DNA from: a virus
Lineage: Duplodnaviria; Caudoviricetes
Strand: one strand, 5' to 3'
IMG/VR virus record: IMGVR_UViG_3300035703_000103
Coordinates: 1 to 58,451 of that record
Length of the DNA: 58,451 bases
Shown: positions 35,841 through 46,256 of the stretch, in pieces
Layout: the number at the start of each line of letters is the position of its first letter
Numbering within the stretch: the stretch's first letter is position 1
Made by a program: the position numbers and the translations under genes
The notes under the pieces: model-generated
Database searches by the model: none
Told to the model about the DNA's origin: nothing
What the model saw: only the letters and a program-made list of their open reading frames with translations

Positions 35841-36722
35841 ATGACCACGGAGGCTATGCAAGAGCAAGTCCAAGATCAAACCACCGTCACCGCTGATGAG
35901 CAGCCGCAGGTCGAGCAATCGACCCCTGCGGTGGAGTCTCAGGAGCAGGCCGCGCCGCCGCAAGACGACGCAGCCGCCTTTGAGGCCGGATTCAATCAGG
36001 CGCAGGGAATCCAAGCCCCTGAACCTGAGCCCGCGCCTCCTCCCGAGCCCGCGCTGATTGCCGGTATGACCGAGGAGCAGATCAAGGAAGCTGTTGCCAA
36101 AGCAGCCGAGGTTGACAAGCTCAAAGAGCAGCAGGCCAAGCTGTTCGGAACCATCGGGAATTTCAAGCAGACGCTGGACCAACTGAAGTCAGCGCCGAAG
36201 CCCACCGCGGCCCAGGTTCAACTGACCAAGGAGAAGTTCGCCCGTCTGTCCAAGGACTTCCCCGAGATGGCCGAATTGATCGCGGCCGACCTCAACGAAG
36301 CACTGCAAGGCGCTGCAGTTGGGGCAGACGCCAGCCAGTTCGAGGGCGTGGTGCAGCAGCGAGTGTCGTCTGCAGTGGATCAGGTGAAAACCGAAATCCA
36401 GCAGCAGTACGAGGCCAAGCTGTTGGCCATTCAGCACAAGGACTGGAGGCAGGTCGTCACATCCAACGAGTTCGCACAGTGGACGCAAACGCTCCCCGAG
36501 GACGTTCGCAATGAACTGGGCAGCACATGGGACTCGACCTTCCTTGGCGACAAGCTCACCGAGTTCAAAGCCTGGAAACAGCAAAGCGCCACAAGTGCGC
36601 AGACCAAGCAAAAGCGCCTGGAAGCGGCCATCACCCCCAAGGGGACGCCGACAACTGGGAGCAATCAGTCCGAGTACGACGCCTTCGTGAGCGGCTTCAA
36701 GTCCGCCCGAGGCATCACCTGA
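35841..36722 (+). CDS. Scaffolding protein
   Basis: Acidic/Q-rich, upstream of capsid gene. Confidence 0.75.
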   Translation: MTTEAMQEQVQDQTTVTADEQPQVEQSTPAVESQEQAAPPQDDAAAFEAGFNQAQGIQAPEPEPAPPPEPALIAGMTEEQIKEAVAKAAEVDKLKEQQAKLFGTIGNFKQTLDQLKSAPKPTAAQVQLTKEKFARLSKDFPEMAELIAADLNEALQGAAVGADASQFEGVVQQRVSSAVDQVKTEIQQQYEAKLLAIQHKDWRQVVTSNEFAQWTQTLPEDVRNELGSTWDSTFLGDKLTEFKAWKQQSATSAQTKQKRLEAAITPKGTPTTGSNQSEYDAFVSGFKSARGIT

Positions 36723-36742
36723 AATCAATCGAAAGGTAAATC

Positions 36743-37810
36743 ATGGCTACTCAACTCTTTGGCACCGGCAATGTCGGCGCCACCCAAGCAGCGCGCATCG
36801 GCAAGCTCAAGGGAGAAATCCTGGCACACGCCATCCCCGTCGAAGTGCTGGGCATGTGCGGTTCGCAAAAGCAAATCCCGAAGAACGCGAGCGACACCGT
36901 GGTGTTCCGCCGCTGGACGCTCTCTGGCCCCGGCTCGGTGGACAACCGCTGGATCACGGGCGCCAACGTGGGCACCTATGCCTCGTCGCACCTGACCACC
37001 GAAGGCGTTACGCCCACCGCTGATGCGCTTTCGGCAACCGACATCACCGCAACGCTCAACCAGTATTCGTGCCTGTACTCGGTCACTGACAAGACCGTGG
37101 ATATGTACGAGGACGATGTGCCCGCGGAGATGAAGAAGCACACGGGCGAGCGTATCGGTCTGGTGCGCGAGATGGTGCGCTACGGTGTGGTGAAGTCCAT
37201 GACCAACGTGTTCTACGGTGGTGCGGGCTCCTCCAAGGCCACGACCAACGGCACCGTGTCGCTGAACATGCTGCGCAAGATCACGCGCTCGATCAAGGCC
37301 AACCACGGCAAGATGATCACCTCCACCCTGGCGGCAAGCCCCAACTTCGCCACCACCCCGGTTGAGGCCGCGTACATCGTGTTCTGCCACAGCGACCTGG
37401 AGCCGGCGATCCGCGATCTGCCCGGTTTCAAGCATGTGTCGGAGTATGGCCAGCGCAAGCCGGTTCACGAAATGGAAATCGGCTCCTGCGAGTCGTTCCG
37501 CTTCGTGCTGTCGCCCGAACTCGCTCAGGACATCAACGCCGGTGCTGCCGTTGGCGCCACGGGCCTGCAGTCCACGGGCGGCGCGAACATCGACCTCTAT
37601 CCGATGATCGTGTGCGGTGAGGACGTTTGGGGTCAGGTCGCTCTGCGCGGCATGGACTCTCTGGACGTGACCTATATCGCCCCCGGCCAGAAGGACAAGA
37701 ACGATCCGCTGGGCCAGCGCGGCTTCATCGGCGCGAAGACCTACTTCACGGCCGTGATCCTGAATCACGGCTGGGGTGCCCTGGCCTGGGTCGGCACGCC
37801 CAGTCTGTAA
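36743..37810 (+). CDS. Major capsid protein, N4-gp56 family
   Basis: FRRW, EGVTP, EIGSCE.FRF, DPLGQRG. Confidence 0.92.
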   Translation: MATQLFGTGNVGATQAARIGKLKGEILAHAIPVEVLGMCGSQKQIPKNASDTVVFRRWTLSGPGSVDNRWITGANVGTYASSHLTTEGVTPTADALSATDITATLNQYSCLYSVTDKTVDMYEDDVPAEMKKHTGERIGLVREMVRYGVVKSMTNVFYGGAGSSKATTNGTVSLNMLRKITRSIKANHGKMITSTLAASPNFATTPVEAAYIVFCHSDLEPAIRDLPGFKHVSEYGQRKPVHEMEIGSCESFRFVLSPELAQDINAGAAVGATGLQSTGGANIDLYPMIVCGEDVWGQVALRGMDSLDVTYIAPGQKDKNDPLGQRGFIGAKTYFTAVILNHGWGALAWVGTPSL

Positions 37811-37813
37811 CTT

Positions 37814-37840
37814 GAAGGAGGGGCTGCGGCCCCTCTTTCT
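37814..37840 (+). terminator. Terminator after capsid gene
   Basis: GAGGGGC-TGCG-GCCCCTC-TTTCT. Confidence 0.65.
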
Positions 37841-37862
37841 CCCAACTCAATAGGAGCCCAAC

Positions 37863-38054
37863 ATGGCACTTCCCGAGTCCGTGTCGCAGAGCCTTGCGGC
37901 ACTGCAGATTGACCAGATGAGCGAGCGCGAACTGCGCAAGCTCTTGGCCGCCCTGGTTGATGGCATTCAAGCCATTGCCACCAAGCTCGACGCCGATGCC
38001 GGCGTGACGGCCACCGACTTCGCGGCGACCTTCGCCAACTTCGTGCGCGACTAA
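37863..38054 (+). CDS. Small virion protein
   Basis: RBS AGGAG; KLDADAGVT.TDF. Confidence 0.75.
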   Translation: MALPESVSQSLAALQIDQMSERELRKLLAALVDGIQAIATKLDADAGVTATDFAATFANFVRD

Positions 38055-38076
38055 GCCTCAAGCACTTCAACCCCCA

Positions 38077-38110
38077 AAGCCCCCACGGTTCGCCCTGGGG
38101 GCTTTTTCTT
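38077..38110 (+). terminator. Intrinsic terminator
   Basis: AAGCCCC..GGGGCTT + T tract. Confidence 0.7.
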
Positions 38111-38126
38111 TGCCAGGAGAAAAGCA

Positions 38127-38612
38127 ATGCCCCGTGGAATCCCCAACTCTCGCTACCAAGACGCCGCCGAAGTGGCACAGCGCCCCGGCCTGGACATCCC
38201 CACCACCGGCTCGATTGACGACATCAAGCGCACCGACCTGCAGGTCGAAATCGCCACGCCCGATATGGCTGGCGACTACGCCGCGCAACTCGCGTTCATG
38301 GAGGAGAAGCTGGATGTGATCGTCCACGAGTCCACTGACAAGAACGCGGACCCCATCGTAGAAGTCTGGTGCAACGGCACTCCCCAGCGATTCGTTCGCG
38401 GGCAGGTGCAGACCGTCAAGCGCAAGTTCGTTCAGATTCTGGCGGACTCGCGCGAAACGTCCATCCAGACCAAGAACATGACGGGCAGTGATGGCGAGGT
38501 CATGCAGCGCATCAACAAACACACTGCGCTGTGCTATCCGTTCTCGGTGGCCAGCGACCCCAGTGGCCAGCGCGGCGCCCTGTGGCTCAAGCAGGCTCTT
38601 GCGGCGGCCTGA
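38127..38612 (+). CDS. Hypothetical virion protein
   Basis: FMEE..NG..RG..VKRKFV..YPFSV..DP..G..WL. Confidence 0.75.
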   Translation: MPRGIPNSRYQDAAEVAQRPGLDIPTTGSIDDIKRTDLQVEIATPDMAGDYAAQLAFMEEKLDVIVHESTDKNADPIVEVWCNGTPQRFVRGQVQTVKRKFVQILADSRETSIQTKNMTGSDGEVMQRINKHTALCYPFSVASDPSGQRGALWLKQALAAA

Positions 38613-38614
38613 GC

Positions 38615-39286
38615 ATGGCGACGTTTCTGGAACTGTGCCGCGACTTGCGGCAGGAAGCTGGCATCGCCGGGACTGGACCCAACTCTGTGCTGGGTCAGTC
38701 GGGCGAGTCCAAGCGCATCGTGGACTGGGTGCGCCGGTCCTACAACGACATCCAGTTGGAGTCCTCTCAGTGGCGGTGGCTCACGGCGCAGTTCCAGTTC
38801 ACGACGACACCGGGCAAGCAGTCTTACAGCTCGCTTGAGGCGGGCATTACCGCTAGGTTTGATCGGTGGAATCCCCGCTCAATTCGGTTGAGTCTCGAAG
38901 GCGTACAGGATCAAATCGAACTCCAGTACATCAGCTACGACGAGTTCCGCTCGATCTATCTGACTGGGCCTCGTCCAGAGGTTCGTCCCACGGTGGTCAG
39001 CATCTCGCCGCAGCAAGAACTGTTGCTGGGTGACGTGCCAAATCTCGCATACACGGTGGTCGGTGAGTATCAGAAGACCCTGCAGACACTGCAGGCTGAC
39101 TCCGACGCCCCCGAGATGCCGGCGCAGTACCACGATGCAATCCTGTACTGGGCCTTGACGAAGTACGCGCGCTACGAGTCTGCCCCGGAAATCTACCAGG
39201 ACGCGATGGACAACTACCGCAGGCTGATGGGTGGACTTCGCCAGCATCAGTTGCCGTTCATTGCCCAGGCGGAGCCGCTGGCGTGA
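38615..39286 (+). CDS. Head-tail adaptor (tail tubular A-like)
   Basis: MATFLELC..W.W..P.MP.QYH.AI...AL. Confidence 0.75.
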   Translation: MATFLELCRDLRQEAGIAGTGPNSVLGQSGESKRIVDWVRRSYNDIQLESSQWRWLTAQFQFTTTPGKQSYSSLEAGITARFDRWNPRSIRLSLEGVQDQIELQYISYDEFRSIYLTGPRPEVRPTVVSISPQQELLLGDVPNLAYTVVGEYQKTLQTLQADSDAPEMPAQYHDAILYWALTKYARYESAPEIYQDAMDNYRRLMGGLRQHQLPFIAQAEPLA

Positions 39287-41301
39287 TCACGAAGTTTTCA
39301 GACACCCGCTACGACTTTGCTCGGCTGGCCGGGGGTCTGGATCAGATCACCCCGACACTCGCACTCAAGCCAGGTATTGCGCGGCGCGCAGCCAACTTTG
39401 AGTGCTCGATCACGGGCGGCTACACGCGAATTCAGGGCTACGAGCGGTTTGATGGCCGTGCGCGCCCATCGGCAGCGAACTATGTGGCTGTCGTCGTGGC
39501 CAGCGCCTCGGGGTTCGTGGTCGGCCAGTCCGTCACGACCGCCACAGGATCGGGTGTCCTGGTTGCCATCAGTGATGCGACCCTGGTGCTCACCAAGGTC
39601 ACCGGCTCATTCAACCCCGGGCAGGCTATCGGCGGCACCGCGGTCATCTCGTTTGCCTTGATCGTGGCCAGCCCGTCCGACGATGCAAGGTATCGGCATC
39701 TCGCAGCAAACGAGTACCGCAAGGACATCGGTGCCGTGCCCGGCGCAGGCCCCGTGCTTGGCGTGGCGTACTACGGCGGCAAGGTCTATGCGTGGCGCAA
39801 CAACGCCGCGGGCACGGATGCCGTGATGTGGTTCTCCAGTGCAACCGGCTGGCAGCCCGTGACCTTCTTTGAGGAAGTGAAATTCACCAACGCCAACACC
39901 AGCGTCATTGAAGGTCAAACGCTGACGCAGGGTGGCGTCAGTGGGCTGATCCGGCGCGTGGTTTTGGAGAAGGGCTCGCTGGCCTCATCGACAAATTCTG
40001 GTCGTCTGATCATCAGCGGACGCACGGGGGGCAGTTTCTCTGCCGCCGCCGCGACCTCAAGCGGTGGAGGGCTCCTGACCCTGGGCGGCTCCGAGTCTCA
40101 AATCCGTCTCCTTCCCGGTGGCCGCTTCAATTCAGCGGTGGCCAACTTTGGCGGCGGGCCGCAGAACCGGCGTCTGTACGTGGCAGATGGGGTCAATCGC
40201 GCCTTTGAGTTTGACGGCGACGTGCTGGTTCCCATCTCCACGGGCATGACACCGGACAGGCCCGCCCGGGTGATGGTTCATCGGCAGCATCTGTTTCTGA
40301 GCTTTGGCTATTCGCTTCAGTATTCGGCGGTCGGCTTTCCGTACTCGTTCAGCCCGATCTTGGGTGCCGGCGAGATTGCCATGAACACCGACATCACCGA
40401 TCTGGTGCAGTTGCCCGGTGATCAAGCCACTGGCGCGCTGGCGGTATTCACGACCGACGAGACGGCAATTCTGTACGGGTCCAGCGCCCAGAACTTCCAG
40501 CTTTCAAACTTCAACACGCGCACGGGCGCTGTTGTTGGAACCGCACAGAACCTGGAGCAAACCTACATCCTGACGGATCAGGGCGTGGTGAGCCTGTCGG
40601 TGACGCAGCAGTTCGGTAACTTCCTGCCCGCATCGCTGACGACAACGCTGCGCCCGTTCATTCGCCAGCACCTGTCTCTTGCAAGCTGCAGCGGTCTGAG
40701 CCGCGAGAAGGCGCAGTACCGAGTCTTCTTCTCGGACGGCTTTGGCCTGTACGTCACCGTTCGCAATGGGCAGTTCCTTGGCGCGATGCCGGTTCAGTTT
40801 CCTGACCCGGTGATCTGCATGACCGAAGGCGACCGGGCTGACGGCAGCAAGACCAGCTACTTTGGATCCAACAACGGCTATGTCTACGAGATTGACGCGG
40901 GCACGTCTTTCGATGGCCAGGACATCCCGGCCAACGTGAGTCTGGTGTTCAACGCGATGGGTAACAGCCGATTGCTCAAGCGTTACCGTAAGGCTTCGTT
41001 TGAGATTTTTGGTGACGCCTACGCCAAGTTCGCTGTGGGCTACGACCTGGGCTACCGCTCGATGGAGTACGAGCAGGCCGCAGATGCGCCCAACGAGACT
41101 GACCTTCGATCTTCGTACTGGGACCAGTTCACCTGGGACGACTTTCTTTGGGACGGCAAGGAGCTGGCCCCGGCCGAGTTTGATGTGACCGGCAGTGCCG
41201 AGAACGTGGCCTTCCGAATTTCATGTGTGGCCCCGGATGTTGAGCCGTTCACGGTCAACAGCATCACGGTTCACTACAGCCCAAGACGGGGTATCCGATG
41301 A
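39283..41301 (+). CDS. Tail nozzle/tubular protein B-like
   Basis: GGLD..GGY.RI.GYERFDG; beta-rich; position. Confidence 0.75.
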   Translation: MITKFSDTRYDFARLAGGLDQITPTLALKPGIARRAANFECSITGGYTRIQGYERFDGRARPSAANYVAVVVASASGFVVGQSVTTATGSGVLVAISDATLVLTKVTGSFNPGQAIGGTAVISFALIVASPSDDARYRHLAANEYRKDIGAVPGAGPVLGVAYYGGKVYAWRNNAAGTDAVMWFSSATGWQPVTFFEEVKFTNANTSVIEGQTLTQGGVSGLIRRVVLEKGSLASSTNSGRLIISGRTGGSFSAAAATSSGGGLLTLGGSESQIRLLPGGRFNSAVANFGGGPQNRRLYVADGVNRAFEFDGDVLVPISTGMTPDRPARVMVHRQHLFLSFGYSLQYSAVGFPYSFSPILGAGEIAMNTDITDLVQLPGDQATGALAVFTTDETAILYGSSAQNFQLSNFNTRTGAVVGTAQNLEQTYILTDQGVVSLSVTQQFGNFLPASLTTTLRPFIRQHLSLASCSGLSREKAQYRVFFSDGFGLYVTVRNGQFLGAMPVQFPDPVICMTEGDRADGSKTSYFGSNNGYVYEIDAGTSFDGQDIPANVSLVFNAMGNSRLLKRYRKASFEIFGDAYAKFAVGYDLGYRSMEYEQAADAPNETDLRSSYWDQFTWDDFLWDGKELAPAEFDVTGSAENVAFRISCVAPDVEPFTVNSITVHYSPRRGIR

Positions 41302-42623
41302 GCAACGAGTTTTTCAATCAGACCGGCAACCCCCAGCCCAACTCCCCGGGGGCGAGCAATCAGGTTCGCTCGGAGTTCTTGCTGGTCCAAAACGCCTTTG
41401 ACAAGCTGCCCTCTATGACGGGCAATGGCGGCAAGGTCGTCATCGTCAATCCCTTTGGCACCGGGATGACAACGACGATGACCCTGAGCGGGTTCTCTAT
41501 CGTTGGCGGAACTGTCAATGGCGCTGTGATTGGAGCCCTGACACCCGCAGCCGCGGCCTTCACGAGCGCATCGGCGTCTGCTGGATTCTCTGGAAATCTG
41601 ACGGGCAATGTGGCCGGTGATGTGGTTGGCAACGTCACCTCCAGCGGAAGCTCTACGTTTGAAAACGTGACCATCAACGGCACGCTCAACATGAACCTGG
41701 GGACGACCGGGACGATCACCGGCCTGACATCCCCCACTGGCGCCACAGATGCGGCCACCAAGGGCTACGTCGATTCCTCGATTGCAAGCCTTGTCGCATC
41801 GGCCCCTGGTACGTTGGACACGCTCAACGAGTTGGCCGCTGCGCTTGGCAACGACCCCAACTACGCCACAAGCACCGCCAATCTGATCGCCACCAAGCTG
41901 TCCCTGACAGGCGGCGCGCTCACGGGCGTCCTGTCGATGGGCGGCAACAAGATCACCAATCTGGCAACGCCTACTGCAAGCCCTGATGCGGTGAACCTGG
42001 GCTACGTCACCACGCTGTTCGGCTCGACCGCATCAGCGGCGGCCAGCGCGACATCGGCAGCCACGAGTGCAAGTCAGGCGCAGGGCTTTGCAACTTCTGC
42101 CAGCAACAGCGCCACGGCAGCGCAAGCGGCGCAGGCTGCGGCCGAGGCGGTGTACGACAACTTCGATGACCGATACCTCGGGCCAAAGTCAAGCAACCCA
42201 ACCGTGGACAACGATGGAAACGCGCTGCTCACGGGTGCGCTGTACTTCAACACCTCGGCAACGCCGCCCGAGATGCGGGTCTACACCGGCACCGCATGGG
42301 TCACGGCCTACAACGCGGGAATTGCGCCCAACACATTCGGCGTGGTCAGCGGAAATACCGGAACGGCCAATGCCGATCAGTCTGGTGACACGCTGGCGAT
42401 TACTGGCGCGAACGGGTTGAGCACTACCGCAACGGACACGCCTGACGGTCTGGTGATTGAGCCGACCTACGGCTCACCCGCAGCCCTCGGTCCCTCTGCA
42501 TCGGCGGGTACGCAAAACACATTTGCAAGGTCTGACCACGTTCACCAATACCCGACCCCAGAGCAAATTGGCGCGGCCACAAGCTCCCAATCCATCGTTT
42601 ACAGCCTGATCTTCGGAGCCTGA
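41298..42623 (+). CDS. Tail fibre protein
   Basis: DAATKGYVD, APGTLDTLNELAAALGND, FDDRYLG..DNDGNAL..GALYFN, ARSDHVH. Confidence 0.85.
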   Translation: MSNEFFNQTGNPQPNSPGASNQVRSEFLLVQNAFDKLPSMTGNGGKVVIVNPFGTGMTTTMTLSGFSIVGGTVNGAVIGALTPAAAAFTSASASAGFSGNLTGNVAGDVVGNVTSSGSSTFENVTINGTLNMNLGTTGTITGLTSPTGATDAATKGYVDSSIASLVASAPGTLDTLNELAAALGNDPNYATSTANLIATKLSLTGGALTGVLSMGGNKITNLATPTASPDAVNLGYVTTLFGSTASAAASATSAATSASQAQGFATSASNSATAAQAAQAAAEAVYDNFDDRYLGPKSSNPTVDNDGNALLTGALYFNTSATPPEMRVYTGTAWVTAYNAGIAPNTFGVVSGNTGTANADQSGDTLAITGANGLSTTATDTPDGLVIEPTYGSPAALGPSASAGTQNTFARSDHVHQYPTPEQIGAATSSQSIVYSLIFGA

Positions 42624-42624
42624 C

Positions 42625-43482
42625 ATGACATTCAAAGTCGCAGCCGTTGCCCTTGCCGCAGCAGACACCACCGTATTTGAGACACCCATCAACATCGAGG
42701 GCGCGATGCACGGGCTGGTGTTCACCAATCCCACCGCAGGCGCTCTGAGCTTGACCTTCAAGTTCTTCGACGCCTCAGAAGGCACCACGCGCACGATCCT
42801 GTCGGGCTTCAGCATCGCGGCCAACGCCCAGTTCACTTGGCCCAAGCCGATCAACCTCAACGCGGGTGATCGGATCATCGCCTCGGGCAACGGGCTGGTC
42901 GCGCTGCACTCCACCTTCATCGCAGAGGCCGTGCCGCTTGCCCGAGGGTTCACGCCCAGAGGCGAGTGGACAAGTGCTGCGGCATACCAGACCAACGACA
43001 TCGTGTCGTACCTGGGCTCAAGCTACATCGCCATTCAGGCCAACACCAATCAGCAACCCAACACCAACCCGGATGACTGGCTGCTGCTGTTTGCCACGCC
43101 CTCCACCCTGACGGATGTGTCGCTTGTGCGGCCCACGACCCGCTCGGTGCGCCAAGTCACGCAGTCCTTCAGTCCGACCAGCGGCTCAACGGTGACCTTT
43201 GACTTGTCGCAAGCCAACGTGTTCGTGGTGACGCTGCCCGCCTCGGGATCTGTGACGATTGCAGCGCCGACCAACGCACCGGCAAGCGGGACTGAGTTTG
43301 ACTTCCTGATGCAGTTCAAGATCACCGGCACGGCTGCGCTGACTTTCAACAGCGTCTTCAAATTCCCCGGTGGTGTTGCGCCGACTTTGACCGTGACCAA
43401 CGGCAAGACCGACACGCTGGCCGCGTACACCACGGACGGCGGCATGACCTTCCAAGCCTTCACCGTGGGGCAAAACGCATGA
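42625..43482 (+). CDS. Tail fibre-associated protein
   Basis: RGEW....Y..NDIVSY.GSSY; FPGG.APTL..TTDGG. Confidence 0.75.
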   Translation: MTFKVAAVALAAADTTVFETPINIEGAMHGLVFTNPTAGALSLTFKFFDASEGTTRTILSGFSIAANAQFTWPKPINLNAGDRIIASGNGLVALHSTFIAEAVPLARGFTPRGEWTSAAAYQTNDIVSYLGSSYIAIQANTNQQPNTNPDDWLLLFATPSTLTDVSLVRPTTRSVRQVTQSFSPTSGSTVTFDLSQANVFVVTLPASGSVTIAAPTNAPASGTEFDFLMQFKITGTAALTFNSVFKFPGGVAPTLTVTNGKTDTLAAYTTDGGMTFQAFTVGQNA

Positions 43483-45476
43483 GCCGCACCCTGAGCATCC
43501 TGGGCGCTGCCTCGGGCCTTGCCGGGGCTGTTGATGAAGCCTTCGAGAACGTCACCCTCCTGCTGACCGGAGACGGGACGAACGGAGCGCAGAACAACAC
43601 TTTCTTTGACTCATCGGCCAACAACTTCTCGATCACCCGGTTCGGGAATGTGACGCAGGGGAATTTCTCGCCGTTTGGGAATCGGTGGAGTAATTATTTC
43701 CCCGGCCCAAACAGCGCGTCAAGTTTAACTTTCACCGACCCCGCGACACTTTTTTCAGCCGCTTTTAATTTTGGAGTTGGTGATTTTACCGTTGAATTGT
43801 TTGTTAGACCGGAGATAGCTTCCGGCGTTAACTCAACAATGGGATATGTAGATTTTCGTGGGAATTCATACACGGAAAATCATCTAGCGTTATTCCAGTC
43901 TGGAGGTGTATTTAGGGTGGAAAGGGCGGCTTCTCCTATAATTTCTGGCGGAAGCGTCTCTACAAATCAGTTCACGCATGTCGCGCTGGTTAGGAGAACC
44001 GGCACTTTAACTCTTTATCTTAACGGAACTTCTGTTGGTTCTACATCTGACACCACTTCTTATGGTAATTCCTACGCCAGAGTTGGCAGACTAGCAGAAG
44101 ACTACCCTGCTAGTAACCCAGGGATGTTCGGAAATATCAGCAACGTCCGAGTCGTAAAAGGCACAGCCCTCTACACCGCCAACTTCACCCCTCCCACTGC
44201 ACCCCTCACCGCAGTCCCTGGCACATCCCTGCTGACCTGTCAGAGCAACCGCTTCATCGACAACAGCGCCAACAACTTCGCCATCACCCGCAACGGCGAT
44301 GTGAGCGTCCAGCGCTTCAGCCCGTTTGCTCCAAGTGCTGTTTACAACCCGGCGACGGATGGGGCGAGTGCTTATTTTGATGGCAGTGGGGATTATCTAC
44401 AATTACCCACCACTTTCCCAACATTTTCGGGCGACTTTACAGTAGAACTTTGGGTATACAGAACTTCTGCAAGTAACCAAGGTGATTTTGTTGCATTTAA
44501 TAGAGACGGCGGCACTGGCGTTTGCTCAATACAAATCTACTCTGGCACGACTGGGTCTGTTGTCGCACTTCTTTCTACTAATGGCTCTTCACAGACGACG
44601 CTGTCTTACTCAAATATCGCTATTGCAAATCAGTGGAATCATATTGCAGTAACAAGATCGGGTAGCACTGTTAGGTTATTTGTTAATGGGGTTTCTTCGG
44701 GATCAACGGCAACGGTTTCTGGAGCACTATATTCTGGTTCTACCACAAACTACGTTGGTTTTGGTAATTTTGAATACTTGGGCTATATGTCCGGCCTTCG
44801 AGTTGTTCAGGGCACCGCCCTCTACACATCCAATTTCACCCCACCCACCGCACCTCTCAACCCCATCACCAACACCTCCCTCCTGCTTAACTTCACCAAC
44901 GCAGGCATCGCTGATGCAAGCGGCATGAACGTTCTGGAAACCGTAGGCAATGCTCAGGTTTCAACGGTGGTCAAGAAGTACGGCACGGGGGCGATGGCGT
45001 TTGATGGGAATGGGGATTGGTTACAGGCTCCCGCATCTTCTAGCTTCGCGCTTCGCAACACCTTCACGGTGGAAATGTGGATCTATCGTGTCGGAACCGC
45101 TGTTCAGTGGCTTGTGGGCAACAACACCGGCAGCGGGAATGACGCTTGGCTTATTGAGATTGAAGCCAACAACACGGTCTATGCGGGAGGCTGGACGGTC
45201 GGTACGCAAACCACGGCCACGGTTCCCTCGGGCGCTTGGTGTCATTTGGCTCTTGTTTGCAACGCCGGGACGCTCAGTCTTTATTTGAACGGTGTGCAGT
45301 CTGGAACTCCCGCTACCGGCATGGACTTCAGCAGTGCCAACGCGCTTTTTGTTGGGTCGATGTCAGGTGGCGCTCGTGGGCTGAGCGGCTACATCGACGA
45401 CCTCCGCATCACCAAAGGCGTTGCCCGGTATCTCGCCAATTTCACCCCGCCCACGGCTCCCTTGCCCCTTCGATAA
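43479..45476 (+). CDS. LamG/concanavalin-like repeat tail protein (receptor-binding candidate)
   Basis: Three LamG-like units: FTVE.W, HVALVR, GYIDDLRITKG.ARY..NFTPPT. Confidence 0.85.
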   Translation: MSRTLSILGAASGLAGAVDEAFENVTLLLTGDGTNGAQNNTFFDSSANNFSITRFGNVTQGNFSPFGNRWSNYFPGPNSASSLTFTDPATLFSAAFNFGVGDFTVELFVRPEIASGVNSTMGYVDFRGNSYTENHLALFQSGGVFRVERAASPIISGGSVSTNQFTHVALVRRTGTLTLYLNGTSVGSTSDTTSYGNSYARVGRLAEDYPASNPGMFGNISNVRVVKGTALYTANFTPPTAPLTAVPGTSLLTCQSNRFIDNSANNFAITRNGDVSVQRFSPFAPSAVYNPATDGASAYFDGSGDYLQLPTTFPTFSGDFTVELWVYRTSASNQGDFVAFNRDGGTGVCSIQIYSGTTGSVVALLSTNGSSQTTLSYSNIAIANQWNHIAVTRSGSTVRLFVNGVSSGSTATVSGALYSGSTTNYVGFGNFEYLGYMSGLRVVQGTALYTSNFTPPTAPLNPITNTSLLLNFTNAGIADASGMNVLETVGNAQVSTVVKKYGTGAMAFDGNGDWLQAPASSSFALRNTFTVEMWIYRVGTAVQWLVGNNTGSGNDAWLIEIEANNTVYAGGWTVGTQTTATVPSGAWCHLALVCNAGTLSLYLNGVQSGTPATGMDFSSANALFVGSMSGGARGLSGYIDDLRITKGVARYLANFTPPTAPLPLR

Positions 45477-45486
45477 GGACTGAACC

Positions 45487-46026
45487 ATGCTCATCGCTGA
45501 ACTGACAAACCCTGTGCCGTTGGACTACCGGGCGGCTTTCCCGAACACGAGCTTCCCCCAGTCCGGGCCTGATGATGATTTCCTGGCGGCCAACGGATAT
45601 GCGCGTGTCAACGCTTTCAAAGAGCACGACCGCGCCACGGAAAAGCTCATCCCTGCCGAGCCGTACTTTGAGGCACCTTGGGTCTACACCGTGGCCGTGG
45701 CCCCCAAGAGCGCCGAGGAATTGGCCGCAGAGCAGGCCGCAGCCGTGCAAGCCCTGCAAGCCGGGATCGTGGCCGCAGTGCAGGCCCGCCTGGATGACTT
45801 CGCACGCACACGCAACTACGACGGCATCCTGAGCGCGGCTACCTATGCAGCCTCTACGGTGCCCAAGTTCGCAGCCGAGGGGCAGTACGCGGTGACCGCA
45901 CGCGATCAGACCTGGGCCACGCTCTACGCGATCCTGGCCGAAGTGCAGGCCGGTACGCGCCCAGTGCCCACCGGGTATGCCGACATTGAGGCTGATCTGC
46001 CCGTGCTTGAGTGGCCTGCTGCCTGA
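45487..46026 (+). CDS. Tail fibre assembly-like protein
   Basis: FPNTSFP; LDDFA.TRNYDGILSA.TYA. Confidence 0.7.
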   Translation: MLIAELTNPVPLDYRAAFPNTSFPQSGPDDDFLAANGYARVNAFKEHDRATEKLIPAEPYFEAPWVYTVAVAPKSAEELAAEQAAAVQALQAGIVAAVQARLDDFARTRNYDGILSAATYAASTVPKFAAEGQYAVTARDQTWATLYAILAEVQAGTRPVPTGYADIEADLPVLEWPAA

Positions 46027-46028
46027 CC

Positions 46029-46256
46029 ATGCGCCAACGCCTGCTGTTCATGTTGATTGCGCTCGACCAGTTCCTGTGGTGCTGGCTGACGCTTGGCCGG
46101 TATCACCCGGACATCACGCTGTCTGCCCAGGCATGGCAGTGGGAGTTGGACGGCAAGCGGACATGGCCGCGCAGGCTAATTGATTGGTTGTTCTGGCCTA
46201 TTGAAAAAGACCACTGCCGCATGGCATGGATTGCTGAAAGGGAAGGGAAGGTGTGA
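46029..46256 (+). CDS. Small conserved phage membrane-associated protein
   Basis: LIALDQ..PD.TLSA.AW..ID.LF..DHC. Confidence 0.75.
   Translation: MRQRLLFMLIALDQFLWCWLTLGRYHPDITLSAQAWQWELDGKRTWPRRLIDWLFWPIEKDHCRMAWIAEREGKV

Noticed and set aside
36725-37768. 347-aa antisense ORF
   Set aside because: Shadow of the capsid gene.
43479-45476. Diversity-generating retroelement targeting the tail gene
   Set aside because: No reverse transcriptase ORF and no TR/VR pair differing at adenines seen; the repeats are in-frame domain duplications.
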